From contig CAMATL010000005.1 of NCBI GenBank assembly GCA_945861145.1, forward strand, positions 2,653 to 66,652: a DNA stretch of 64,000 bases, given 5' to 3'. The position numbers and the translations under genes were made by a program. Shown one piece after another: positions 39,724 through 48,981 of this stretch (positions within the stretch are counted from its first letter, which is position 1; the number at the start of each line of letters is the position of its first letter). The DNA comes from a candidate division TM6 bacterium GW2011_GWF2_37_49 (GTDB lineage Bacteria > Babelota > Babeliae > Babelales > RVW-14). The notes under the pieces were generated by a model. That model was given only the letters and a program-made list of their open reading frames with translations. It ran no database searches and was not told where the DNA came from.

Positions 39724-39882
39724 CTATTTTACTTCTTTATGAATTGTATGGCGTCTCAATCTTGGGCAGTATTTCTTCAGAGACAGTTTGCCGAATTGTC
39801 TTTTCTTAGAAACCATAATGCTGTAGTTACGCATCCCGCTTTCCGTACACTCAAGATGTACGATCGTTCTATTTTTTGCCAT
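39724..39882 (-). CDS. rpmG: 50S ribosomal protein L33 (not in ORF track)
   Basis: MAKNRTIVHLECTESGMRNYSIMVSKKRQFGKLSLKKYCPRLRRHTIHKEVK. Confidence 0.92.
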   Translation of the reverse strand: MAKNRTIVHLECTESGMRNYSIMVSKKRQFGKLSLKKYCPRLRRHTIHKEVK

Positions 39883-39916
39883 TTTCGCTACCTTTGCATG
39901 AACCTATCGAACAACC

Positions 39917-39992
39917 TGGAGCCCGCGAGCGGACTCGAACCGCTGACCTCCCCCTTACCAAGGGGGTGCTCTGCCAACTGAGCTACGTGGGC
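39917..39992 (-). tRNA. tRNA-Thr(GGT)
   Basis: Anticodon arm CCCCC-TT GGT AA-GGGGG; 3' CCA. Confidence 0.95.
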
Positions 39993-40082
39993 CTGCATAA
40001 TTTTCAAACCAATGATATACAAATTTTAAAACATCGCAAATTTTTTCTATAAAAACAGCGATGTTTTACAATTTATCTTAAA

Positions 40083-40157
40083 TGGAGCTGGCAACTGGAT
40101 TTGAACCAGCGACCTGCTGATTACAAATCAGCTGCTCTACCACTGAGCTATGCCAGC
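40083..40157 (-). tRNA. tRNA-Thr(TGT)
   Basis: GCTGA-TT TGT AA-TCAGC; 3' CCA. Confidence 0.95.
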
Positions 40158-40168
40158 CCAAAATTTTC

Positions 40169-40245
40169 TGGAGCGGGAAACGGGGCTCGAACCCGCAACC
40201 TACAGCTTGGAAGGCTGTCGCTCTAGCCAATTGAGCTATTCCCGC
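40169..40245 (-). tRNA. tRNA-Gly(TCC)
   Basis: ACAGC-CT TCC AA-GCTGT; 3' CCA. Confidence 0.95.
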
Positions 40246-40274
40246 ATGCTTAAAACGGCTTCATGGTTGGTTTA

Positions 40275-40359
40275 TGGTGGGGAGAACAGGATTCGAACCT
40301 GCGAAGGCTGAGCCAACGGATTTACAGTCCGTCCCCTTTGGCCGCTCGGGAATCTCCCC
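40275..40359 (-). tRNA. tRNA-Tyr(GTA)
   Basis: ACGGA-CT GTA AA-TCCGT, long variable arm; 3' CCA. Confidence 0.95.
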
Positions 40360-40471
40360 ATAATTTTTAATCGGAAAGCCGAAAAATGATGTGAGCAAAC
40401 CAATATCAACCGCTATAAGCGAAAATGATGATAGATGGTTTGGCAAAAAATGCAACATTTTTATTTTATTT

Positions 40472-40939
40472 TTATAGCAATTTTACAGGTGTAATGGTCA
40501 GATAGCGCGTTTCTGGTTGTGCAAAATTATGATCAAGATTTAAGCAATAAATGCCGCTTATTGTTCCTTGCAATTGTTCAAAAAAGGACATTAAAATCTC
40601 AGGCCATTCAATAATGGCTAATGCATTTTTCTCTTGCAATAATTCGTCAAAACCCTGCATAAAGAACTCATCCACAGAGTTTAAACGATATAGGTCAAAA
40701 TGGTGCACAATAAGGCCCGTGTCTGAATTATTATATGAATTTACATAGCTAAAAGTTGGGCTTGATATATTGTCAACAATTCCGATCTGTCGCATTAAAG
40801 CTTTAACGAGAGTTGTTTTTCCAGCGCCAAGCTGACCGCATAAAAGTAAAATTGAGCCAGCTTTTACAAGAGGTATAATGTGCTTGTTGATAATGGCGTC
40901 TAGCTTGTCTAATGGGACTATTATTGTATGTGTTTGCAT
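40472..40939 (-). CDS. tsaE: tRNA threonylcarbamoyladenosine biosynthesis ATPase TsaE
   Basis: GQLGAGKTTLVK, SSPTF, HFDLYRL, IIEWPE. Confidence 0.93.
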   Translation of the reverse strand: MQTHTIIVPLDKLDAIINKHIIPLVKAGSILLLCGQLGAGKTTLVKALMRQIGIVDNISSPTFSYVNSYNNSDTGLIVHHFDLYRLNSVDEFFMQGFDELLQEKNALAIIEWPEILMSFFEQLQGTISGIYCLNLDHNFAQPETRYLTITPVKLL

Positions 40940-40946
40940 TGGTTTA

Positions 40947-41582
40947 TTAGTAAATCTTTTTTAATTTTTTAATGAGATTTTTATCTTGTTTTGAGAGTGG
41001 CGCAGTATTTTTTGGTGGAGTTTTTGTTGCAATGTCATGTTTTTTTTGTTGACGCATGAGAGCTCCATCGCTCATGAGGTCATCAATATTAACATCTGTT
41101 ATTGATATTTCAATGTCAGTTTCTATGTTTGCCTCAGCAAATTTAAGCGTGTTGCTTGCGGGGGCAGGGGTAAATTCTCTTTGAATAACCGTATTTTTTA
41201 TGATTTGATCGACTGCGTGAGCAAAATCAAAGACACCCATACTGAAAGCGCCATGCTGTTCGCAAGTAAAACATAAAGCGCGATCCATTGAGACAATTGT
41301 TATTTCTTGGGTCTTATAGCGATCGACGTATTCAATTATCCAGTCGTCGGCTGATCGTTTATAACCAGCTTCCAAAACAGTAACTCCGTGATGAACTTCA
41401 CGAATAGCGTGTACGAGGCTGCCACCATCCAAAACAACAATGATTTCTTTGATGGTGCCTTGCTTAATTTTCTTATATACCCCAAGCTTTCTAAATAAGG
41501 TTTTTTTGTGTAATTCAAGATTTTCTTTATTGTTTGGGTATAACTGCTTTAAAAGATTATAACCATCCACTATAATGATCAT
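40947..41582 (-). CDS. NYN-domain (YacP/Rae1-like) ribonuclease
   Basis: IIVDGYNL, VVLDG, SADDWI, IVSMDRAL. Confidence 0.8.
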   Translation of the reverse strand: MIIIVDGYNLLKQLYPNNKENLELHKKTLFRKLGVYKKIKQGTIKEIIVVLDGGSLVHAIREVHHGVTVLEAGYKRSADDWIIEYVDRYKTQEITIVSMDRALCFTCEQHGAFSMGVFDFAHAVDQIIKNTVIQREFTPAPASNTLKFAEANIETDIEISITDVNIDDLMSDGALMRQQKKHDIATKTPPKNTAPLSKQDKNLIKKLKKIY

Positions 41583-41623
41583 CGCATTGTTCCATATAAA
41601 TACTATTGCGCAAAGGATCAGGC

Positions 41624-42514
41624 GTGTCACATCTAGTTCAGCTTAGAGAGCAAATCAAGGCTGTTCAAACTACTAAAAAAATAACGCATGCTGTGCGGTT
41701 AGTTTCTATGTCTATGTATTCAAAATTGGAAAAGTTTACTACCCCGCATAAGACTTATTTCGAGAGTATAGCAAATTTTTTTACAGCATTGTTAGAACAG
41801 AAAGCTGGATGGCAGCACCCAGTCTTTAAGCCTGATGATATACTTGACTCTAGACCGCTTTTTATCGTTATTGCGACATCAAAAGGCCTTTGTGGTAGCT
41901 TGAATTCAAACCTATTTCGCTTTCTTGAGCAAAGCATTTTCCCTCAGCCACACCAAGATGCCGAATTTATTGTCCTTGGGTTGCGAGGGATTCGCTATAT
42001 CAAAGGGCGTTCTTGGGGTGAGGTTGTCTACGCTTACCCTGAATTAAGCTCCAATAATTACACAACGATTGCAGAAGACATTGTTGATCGAATCGTGAAT
42101 TCTAACAAAAATTATTCATCGGTGACTTTTTTTGGATCACGCTTACAGTCTTTCTTCCAACAAAAAGCAAAAAGGATGAGCTTATTGCCTTTGCGGCATG
42201 ATGATCTTGGGCTCTTTCGGCGAGATGATGCTGTTGTGGAAAACCAAGATTCGCTTGGTGACGACCCTATCCTTGAGCAACAGATTGATGAGTTGCTCGA
42301 ATATACGGCCGCTTCATACACCTATGCCTACGTGCTTAATGTTCTTTTTCAGGCAATTTTGGCAGAACATGCAGCACGATTTTTGGCTATGGATTCATCA
42401 ACAACTAATGCTGAAAAATATCTGGAAAAACTAACTCTGCAGTACAACAAAATCAGACAGGCTGTGATTACTAAAGAGGTCGCAGAACTTTCAAGCAATA
42501 CGTTTCTTGAGTAA
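41624..42514 (+). CDS. atpG: ATP synthase F1 gamma subunit
   Basis: IKAVQTTKKITHAVRLVS, KGLCGSLN, AEHAARFLAMDSSTTNA, YNKIRQAVITKE. Confidence 0.93.
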   Translation: MSHLVQLREQIKAVQTTKKITHAVRLVSMSMYSKLEKFTTPHKTYFESIANFFTALLEQKAGWQHPVFKPDDILDSRPLFIVIATSKGLCGSLNSNLFRFLEQSIFPQPHQDAEFIVLGLRGIRYIKGRSWGEVVYAYPELSSNNYTTIAEDIVDRIVNSNKNYSSVTFFGSRLQSFFQQKAKRMSLLPLRHDDLGLFRRDDAVVENQDSLGDDPILEQQIDELLEYTAASYTYAYVLNVLFQAILAEHAARFLAMDSSTTNAEKYLEKLTLQYNKIRQAVITKEVAELSSNTFLE

Positions 42515-43849
42515 TTCGCCATTCGGGAGCATCAGATTATCAATGTTGCTTGCTTCTATGAGATTTATATTGCCGCCCATAAAACGCAATTTTTCTTCTA
42601 ATTTGTCATAACCGCGCTCCCAGTGATGAACGCCGCCAATTTTTGTTTCCCCAATTGCTATCAATCCAGCTAGTGCAAGACCGCACGAGGCGCGGATATC
42701 GGTGGCTATTAATTCTGTGCCGTATAGTTTTTCAACACCACGAATAGTTGCTTTTTGCCCTTCAACGGTAATTTGCGCGCCTAGCTTTGTCAGCTCTTTA
42801 ACATGCATTAGGCGGTTTTCAAAGACTGTTTCTTCTACCGTGCTAATATCCTTACTTAGCGCCATAGCTGTCATTAATGGTGCTTGTAGATCGGTAGGAA
42901 ATCCAGGGTATGGCCCCGTTTTAATGCTAACGCCTTGAGGGTTTTGGCAAGCTTTAAGGGAAATGCCTAGCAATGGAAACAGCGGTGTTTGATGGGTACC
43001 AACATAGACTTCGTGGCCCATTTCACGGAGCTTTTCGAGAAAAAGATCCATATGGTCAGCGCGTGCGTTTGGTAAATGTACTGAGCCTTTGGTAATGCAT
43101 GCAGCAAGCAAAAGAGCTCCGGCTTCGAGGCGATCAGGAATAACCGTATGCTCAACGGGATTAAGCTTATTTACACCAATAATGCGAATAAGTTGTCCCG
43201 GTTCGCAATAAATTTTAGCGCCCATTTTGTTTAAAATATCGATTAAATCAAGCACTTCTGGCTCAAGGGCGGCATTTACTATGACGGTTTCGCCAGGTTT
43301 GAGCGTGGCATACATTAAAAGATTTTCTGTTGCCCCAACGCTTGGATATTCCAATATCACTCTATCGTGAATAGGGTTTGAGGAATCTGTGCTGATACTG
43401 GCAGAAAGAAAAGGCTTATCTTCAATAAGCGAGACACCAAGCTTTCTAAACCCTTGAAGGTGGTAATTGATTGGGCGAGCACCAATTAAACATCCGCCGG
43501 GCAGTGCAACACGAGCTTTACCAAATCTTGCTAGGAGTGGACCCATTACAAGAATAGAGGCGCGCATTTTATTCATTATTTCTGGTGATACTTCAATGCT
43601 GTTTACCATTGTAGTATCGATAGTCAGCGCTTTAAGCTTTACGTCAAAGTGAACTAGAGCCCCAAGTTCCGTCATAAGAGCGATAAAGCAACGAACATCT
43701 GCGGAATTCGGTACGCTGTAGAGTGTTGATTTACCTTCGGCGAGCAAAAGTGACGCTATAATGACCAGGACAGCATTTTTTGCGCCTGTTAGCTCAACAG
43801 TGCCATGAAGAGGTTGGGATTGCTTGACCAGCAAAAAACGTTCGCTCAT
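42491..43849 (-). CDS. murA: UDP-N-acetylglucosamine 1-carboxyvinyltransferase
   Basis: GAKNA, MRASILVMGPLLAR, PGGCLIGARP, PSVGATEN, PGFPTDLQA, FENR, TDIRA. Confidence 0.96.
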   Translation of the reverse strand: MSERFLLVKQSQPLHGTVELTGAKNAVLVIIASLLLAEGKSTLYSVPNSADVRCFIALMTELGALVHFDVKLKALTIDTTMVNSIEVSPEIMNKMRASILVMGPLLARFGKARVALPGGCLIGARPINYHLQGFRKLGVSLIEDKPFLSASISTDSSNPIHDRVILEYPSVGATENLLMYATLKPGETVIVNAALEPEVLDLIDILNKMGAKIYCEPGQLIRIIGVNKLNPVEHTVIPDRLEAGALLLAACITKGSVHLPNARADHMDLFLEKLREMGHEVYVGTHQTPLFPLLGISLKACQNPQGVSIKTGPYPGFPTDLQAPLMTAMALSKDISTVEETVFENRLMHVKELTKLGAQITVEGQKATIRGVEKLYGTELIATDIRASCGLALAGLIAIGETKIGGVHHWERGYDKLEEKLRFMGGNINLIEASNIDNLMLPNGELLKKRIA

Positions 43850-43930
43850 GAGGGTTCCTTTTGGGATGAATCTTGATACACTTTGCGAGGGAGAGATTAG
43901 CAGAATTTTTAGTAAGAAAAAGGAAATAGT

Positions 43931-44701
43931 ATGCTTGGTTCAAAAAAAGTTGTGTGTATTATTCCAGCACGCTTGGCATCGACTCGTTTTCCTGAGAAAG
44001 TTTTACAATCACTTGCAGGCAAACCAATGCTTCAATGGGTCTGGGAGGCGGCTAAAAAAGTGAGTCTTTTTGATGAATGCCACTTTGCTATTGATGATGT
44101 CAAGATTGCAAGCCTTTTAGATGGCTTTGGGGCTTCATGGTTTATGACATCTAAGTCAGCCGAAGCTGGCACTGACCGCCTTATTGAAATAATGGATCGC
44201 AAGCTTGTTGTTTCTGATATTTGGGTGAATTGGCAGGGTGATGAGCCTTTTATTAACGCTGCGATGATACAAGATCTTTTGCAATCAGCAGCAGATGACG
44301 GTATGGATGCTTGGACTCTTAAAAAGCTAATTACCATAAAAGAACAAATTGTGGCCCCAAATACGGCAAAGGTGGTAACTGATCACGAAGGCAATGCTTT
44401 GTATTTTTCTCGCAGCCCAGTTCCTTTTTATCGTGATCATCACCTTGAACAAGGTGTTTTTTACAAACATGTTGGACTGTACGCTTTTACCACCAAGGGG
44501 TTGCAGATGATGCAGCAATTACCAATTGGTAAACTTGAGCAAGCAGAAAAACTAGAGATGCTCCGTCTTTTAGAGAATGGTATAAAGATTCGCCTACATG
44601 AGACCTTGTTTGAGGTGATAGGGATTGATACCGCTGAAGATTTGCGTCACGCAGAAATTGTTGCACAAACAAATAATACTTCAGCGTGCAATCAGGCCTG
44701 A
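43931..44701 (+). CDS. kdsB: 3-deoxy-manno-octulosonate cytidylyltransferase
   Basis: IPARLASTRFPEK, GTDR, QGDEP, ALYFSRSPVP, HVGLYAF, LEQAEKLEMLR. Confidence 0.95.
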   Translation: MLGSKKVVCIIPARLASTRFPEKVLQSLAGKPMLQWVWEAAKKVSLFDECHFAIDDVKIASLLDGFGASWFMTSKSAEAGTDRLIEIMDRKLVVSDIWVNWQGDEPFINAAMIQDLLQSAADDGMDAWTLKKLITIKEQIVAPNTAKVVTDHEGNALYFSRSPVPFYRDHHLEQGVFYKHVGLYAFTTKGLQMMQQLPIGKLEQAEKLEMLRLLENGIKIRLHETLFEVIGIDTAEDLRHAEIVAQTNNTSACNQA

Positions 44702-44921
44702 ATTCTAGGCTATTAATCAAAAAATTTTTACTCATGGAATTAATTTTTCCAATCTGCTAGATTTCTAATTGGGACGTGGGGTGGAAAAATTCTCGTTGTC
44801 AACGACGCCTTTTGACTTTTCTTAAAACTCTTCTAAAGTAGCAAGTCCTTAATATTGGGCTTGCAAAATAGAGTGCCTTTGATTGGTTTTTTGCTGTTGC
44901 AAGCTAAAGAAAGACAGGTTC

Positions 44922-46610
44922 ATGATAACGAGATTATTTAAATATTTATGTTCATTTGTCCTTCTTTTAGCAGTCGCGTCACCAGAAGCGTCTTTTGCTG
45001 GATTGCCTGGCTATTTTAGCCAAGAGGTTATAGGTCTGCCAAAATTAGTTGAAGTAGCTAAAGATTCTTTTGAATCAGCTTATTTTGACACTTTGATAAA
45101 AAATGAGAAATTTTTTGACGATGCCTACAATAACAATCTTGTTATAAGCTCAGAGATTGATTGGGATTTTGCCAATAATGGCGTTACCTTCATGAAGCTG
45201 ATCGATTTTCTGGAAAAAAAGAACGATGCTGAATCTGTATTGATCCTTTCCAGGCTCAATGAGCTTTATTATCTTATATTCCATCAACACTTGTCCCATC
45301 TTGATGTTCCTCGTGAAAAACAAGTATCTCTGATAAATGCTTTGCATTATCTCTATAGCTTTAAAGATGCCAATGGGAAAGAAGTAATCCGCTCTATGCT
45401 GACGCGTGTTTTTATTTATACCATCATGGTTGAGATGATGGGGCTTCATTATTATGAAAAAAAAGAAGTTTTATTTCTCGCTTATGAAGAGTTTCGTACG
45501 GCTTTAAAGAGTTTTGCGATTGAATGTGCAAACAATATTGAAGCATTGAAGCAGATAGAAATTTTCATCAATGATCTTTCTGCTTATGGCATGAAAGAAC
45601 CGATAGTAAAACCTCACAATTTCAAGCGCTGGGTAATTACAGCCTTAGTAGTTGGCGTTGTAGTTGGTGGTGTTTATTACACCGGTGAACATTTTGGTGT
45701 ATGGAAAAATTTCAGCAAATTTATAGATGATGCTGTGAAAAAATCGACAAAGACATTCAGTGATACTCTTTATGAAAATTTCTCTGTACCAACAGCAAAA
45801 GCAATGATGGATGAGCTTGAAGACCGAAGCATAAGGCTTGGCGAAGGTCTTGGTACGGGTGCTATTGATGGTATGGCGAATGATTATGATTATGTACCTG
45901 TACCGCCTGCTGTTCCTTTTGTGCATGATCCTAAAAACCCAGATGCAAGACCTCCTCGTGCTGTTTATGAACGTATAAATAAGCGTCCAAGCGCGAATAC
46001 TGGGGCTGTTGGCAATTTGATGGGCGGTAACCTTGCGGCATCCGCTATTGAGACGCTCCTCTATGAACAAAGTGATGCTCTTGTAGGTAGACCTCTAAGA
46101 GTAGAAAATCGTGATCTAAATAAATTAATTCATAAAGCGGGATCAAGGCTTATGTCCGGGGCTTTAGATCAAGTAGAAGGTGTTACGCTTACGGTGCCTA
46201 TGTACGGAAATATTGTCAACGTAGGGACTCATGCAACACGATCCGCTAGAAGGGTTGCAAGCGATCGCAGGGCTGGTGATGAAATTGAAGCATTAGCTGT
46301 CGCTCAGAGAGCTGAAATTGCCGCACGTAATCCTGCAGAGGGGCTTACTAGAAGGCCTACTGCTGAACCAATCCGAACAGGTGGGGTTCGAGCTGAGGGC
46401 GGAGTCGAAAGAGGTCAAGACGACGCAGCTCTTACTGCCACAGGTCTTGCTGTCGGTGGTGCAGGTAATCATCCTGCAGAAGAGGATCGAGTTGTGGCTG
46501 AAGTCCAAAACGACGCAGATCTTGCTGTCACAGGTCTTGCTCCTGGTGGTGCAGGTAATCCTCCTGCTCCTAAAAAGGGGGGATGGGGTTTTTTAGGATG
46601 GCTTGGTTAA
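44922..46610 (+). CDS. Hypothetical exported/membrane protein, paralog of 48982..50301
   Basis: Signal peptide, shared N-terminal domain, central TM (WVITALVVGVVVGGVYY), C-terminal repeats. Confidence 0.8.
   Translation: MITRLFKYLCSFVLLLAVASPEASFAGLPGYFSQEVIGLPKLVEVAKDSFESAYFDTLIKNEKFFDDAYNNNLVISSEIDWDFANNGVTFMKLIDFLEKKNDAESVLILSRLNELYYLIFHQHLSHLDVPREKQVSLINALHYLYSFKDANGKEVIRSMLTRVFIYTIMVEMMGLHYYEKKEVLFLAYEEFRTALKSFAIECANNIEALKQIEIFINDLSAYGMKEPIVKPHNFKRWVITALVVGVVVGGVYYTGEHFGVWKNFSKFIDDAVKKSTKTFSDTLYENFSVPTAKAMMDELEDRSIRLGEGLGTGAIDGMANDYDYVPVPPAVPFVHDPKNPDARPPRAVYERINKRPSANTGAVGNLMGGNLAASAIETLLYEQSDALVGRPLRVENRDLNKLIHKAGSRLMSGALDQVEGVTLTVPMYGNIVNVGTHATRSARRVASDRRAGDEIEALAVAQRAEIAARNPAEGLTRRPTAEPIRTGGVRAEGGVERGQDDAALTATGLAVGGAGNHPAEEDRVVAEVQNDADLAVTGLAPGGAGNPPAPKKGGWGFLGWLG
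46420..46568 (+). repeat. Two imperfect ~59-bp direct repeats, 90-bp period, in coding sequence
   Basis: ACGACGCAG(C/A)TCTT..ACAGGTCTTGCT..GGTGGTGCAGGTAATC(A/C)TCCTGC at 46420 and 46510. Confidence 0.8.
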
Positions 46611-46744
46611 CCTAATTGGCACGTTAGTTAGTATGTTACGAGCCCAAGATGAAGAGCCACTGTATGAGCTAGTTATAGATGAAATAGATTAAATAGCGTA
46701 AGCTGATGCTTAAAATTTAAGTACATTTTTTTTGATTGACAATA

Positions 46745-46782
46745 AGAGGCGAACATTTTAAAACAATAAAATGTTCGCCTCT
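46745..46782. terminator. Hairpin upstream of tdk
   Basis: AGAGGCGAACATTTT-loop-AAAATGTTCGCCTCT. Confidence 0.6.
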
Positions 46783-46813
46783 ATTATTTTATTTTTAACC
46801 AAGGTAGATCACC

Positions 46814-47449
46814 ATGACTGTTGCTTCCGCTGGTAAAAAAGGCCGATTAGAAGTTGTTTGTGGCTCAATGTTCTCTGGTAAAACAGAAGAACTTATGAGT
46901 AAGCTTAAACGTGCTGAATATGCGCGCCAACGTGTTCTTGCGCTTAAACATCAATTAGATAATCGCAAGAGTATGACCTGTATCGTTTCGCATGATGGTC
47001 GTGCTCGAGCTGCACATCCGATTGATAATTGCGTGCTTTCTATACAAACAATTATTGATCTTGCAGATCAATTCGACGTTATTGGTTTTGATGAAATACA
47101 ATTTTTCCCTGAAGATATTGTTCAAGTAGTTGCCAAGCTTGTTCTCATGGGTAAGCGTGTTATTGCTGCGGGGCTTGATCTTGATTTTCGCGGTGAGCCT
47201 TTTGGGCCAATGCCTTATCTTCTAGCCATTGCGGATGAAGTGGTAAAGCTTAAGGCAATTTGTGTAGTTTGTACGAAAGATGCGCATTATACTCAACGCT
47301 TGGTCAATGGTGAGCCGGCACGTTATAACGATCCAATTATTCTTATTGGAGCACAAGAGTTTTATGAAGCTCGTTGCCGTGATTGCTTTAAAATAGATCA
47401 AGAGCCGCTGATTCTTCCTGCCGCTCGTCAAGCTGCTGCACAGGTTTAG
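46814..47449 (+). CDS. tdk: Thymidine kinase
   Basis: CGSMFSGKTEEL, DEIQFF, AGLDLDFRGEPFG, CVVC...YEARCRDC. Confidence 0.96.
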   Translation: MTVASAGKKGRLEVVCGSMFSGKTEELMSKLKRAEYARQRVLALKHQLDNRKSMTCIVSHDGRARAAHPIDNCVLSIQTIIDLADQFDVIGFDEIQFFPEDIVQVVAKLVLMGKRVIAAGLDLDFRGEPFGPMPYLLAIADEVVKLKAICVVCTKDAHYTQRLVNGEPARYNDPIILIGAQEFYEARCRDCFKIDQEPLILPAARQAAAQV

Positions 47450-47457
47450 TAGCTACC

Positions 47458-48828
47458 TTGGCAAAAACTCAATATCGGTGCACCAATTGTCATCACGTCT
47501 CAATAAAATGGGTTGGGTGTTGTCCTGGCTGCAGTGAGTGGAATAGTTTAATTGAATCTGTTGCTCCAAGCGCAAAAAAACGTTCGGAGCAACGCTCTCA
47601 AGCTAGCGCTACGCTGTCTTTAAATTCCCAATTGGTAACGTTGGCCGATATCCCTGCTGGCGTAACGGAGCGGTTTTTGTCAGGCGTGCCTGAATGGGAT
47701 CGTGTGATTGGTGGGGGAATACTGGCTGGTTCATTTGTAATTTTGACCGGTGATCCAGGAATTGGTAAATCAACCTTGTTGTTGCAGATAGCTGATAAAA
47801 TTGGCAAGCAGCGACGAGTGTTTTATTTTTCATCAGAAGAATCACTGCAGCAGCTAAAGACTAGGGCAACTCGCCTTAAGGTTAGTGCGGCCAATCTTTT
47901 GTTTTCTGATCAAGCAAACCTTGAAAGCATTATCGCCACGGCGCGTGAGCACAAACCTGACTTATTAATCCTCGATTCAATTCAAAATTGCTACCTGTCT
48001 GAAACCTCAGAGGCTATTCCTGGCACCATTGCACAGCTGAGGGAGGCTGGATTTCAGCTTATGAAGCTTGCCAAAGAAAATAATATTGCTGTACTAGTGA
48101 CCGGTCATATCACCAAAGACGGTACGATGGCTGGCCCTAAAGTGCTTGAGCATTTGGTAGACGCTGTGTTTTATTTGCAGGCGGAGGATCGGTTTCAGAC
48201 GCGGATTTTACGTTCAGTGAAAAATCGCTTCGGCGAGGTGAATGAGGTTGGCTTCTTTCAGATGGAAGAGCACGGCTTGATAGAGATGAGCAATATCAAC
48301 GAAATGCTGCTTGCGGAGGCATCCTCGTCGCCAGGGTCGATAATGGTTTGTAGTGTTGAAGGCTCAAGACCGTTACTGTTAGAATTGCAAGCTCTTTGCG
48401 TGCCAACCAAATTTGGCATGCCGCAACGAGTTGTGACTGGATTAGAGCCAAAAAGAGTTGTGTTGATCGCTGCAATTTTAGAAAAGTACTTACACGTTAA
48501 ACTAAGCTCGCAAGATATCTTTTTTAAAGTGAGCGGTGGCTTTAAAATTAAAGAAAGCGCTGCGGCCGATCTTGGGATAGCATTGGCGTTACTTTCAAGC
48601 TATTTTCAGAAGCAGTTGCCGCCTAAATCTGTAGCCATTGCAGAAATGAGCTTAACTGGCCAGGTTAAGCCGACCAATCAAATTAATCTAATCATCAAAG
48701 AGGTTGAAAAATTTCGCCTAGACAACGTTTTTGTAGCTAAGAGGCAGCAGATAAAGTCGACAAGCAATCTTGTTGGTTTTGATTCTGTGTACCAGTTATT
48801 AAAGCTTTTCCCTGATGATGGTGTTTAG
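47458..48828 (+). CDS. radA: DNA repair protein RadA/Sms
   Basis: N-terminal Zn finger, GDPGIGKSTLLLQ, GHITKDG..AGPKVLEHLVD, KNRFG. Confidence 0.96.
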   Translation: MAKTQYRCTNCHHVSIKWVGCCPGCSEWNSLIESVAPSAKKRSEQRSQASATLSLNSQLVTLADIPAGVTERFLSGVPEWDRVIGGGILAGSFVILTGDPGIGKSTLLLQIADKIGKQRRVFYFSSEESLQQLKTRATRLKVSAANLLFSDQANLESIIATAREHKPDLLILDSIQNCYLSETSEAIPGTIAQLREAGFQLMKLAKENNIAVLVTGHITKDGTMAGPKVLEHLVDAVFYLQAEDRFQTRILRSVKNRFGEVNEVGFFQMEEHGLIEMSNINEMLLAEASSSPGSIMVCSVEGSRPLLLELQALCVPTKFGMPQRVVTGLEPKRVVLIAAILEKYLHVKLSSQDIFFKVSGGFKIKESAAADLGIALALLSSYFQKQLPPKSVAIAEMSLTGQVKPTNQINLIIKEVEKFRLDNVFVAKRQQIKSTSNLVGFDSVYQLLKLFPDDGV

Positions 48829-48981
48829 TTTTACACATTGCACTATTTCAGCCCAAAATTAGCCGTTAGTTTTTCATTGCGACTACACCCCTTTGTTTTT
48901 TTTTACAGTTTTTCTAGAGTAAGAGCCTCCTTATTTTATAAAATAGGTGAAATAAATACTGCGACCCTCAAAAGGATGATA

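Noticed and set aside
39637-40458. ORFs of 114 and 65 aa and the extended secE N-terminus
   Set aside because: They overlap tRNA genes and rpmG
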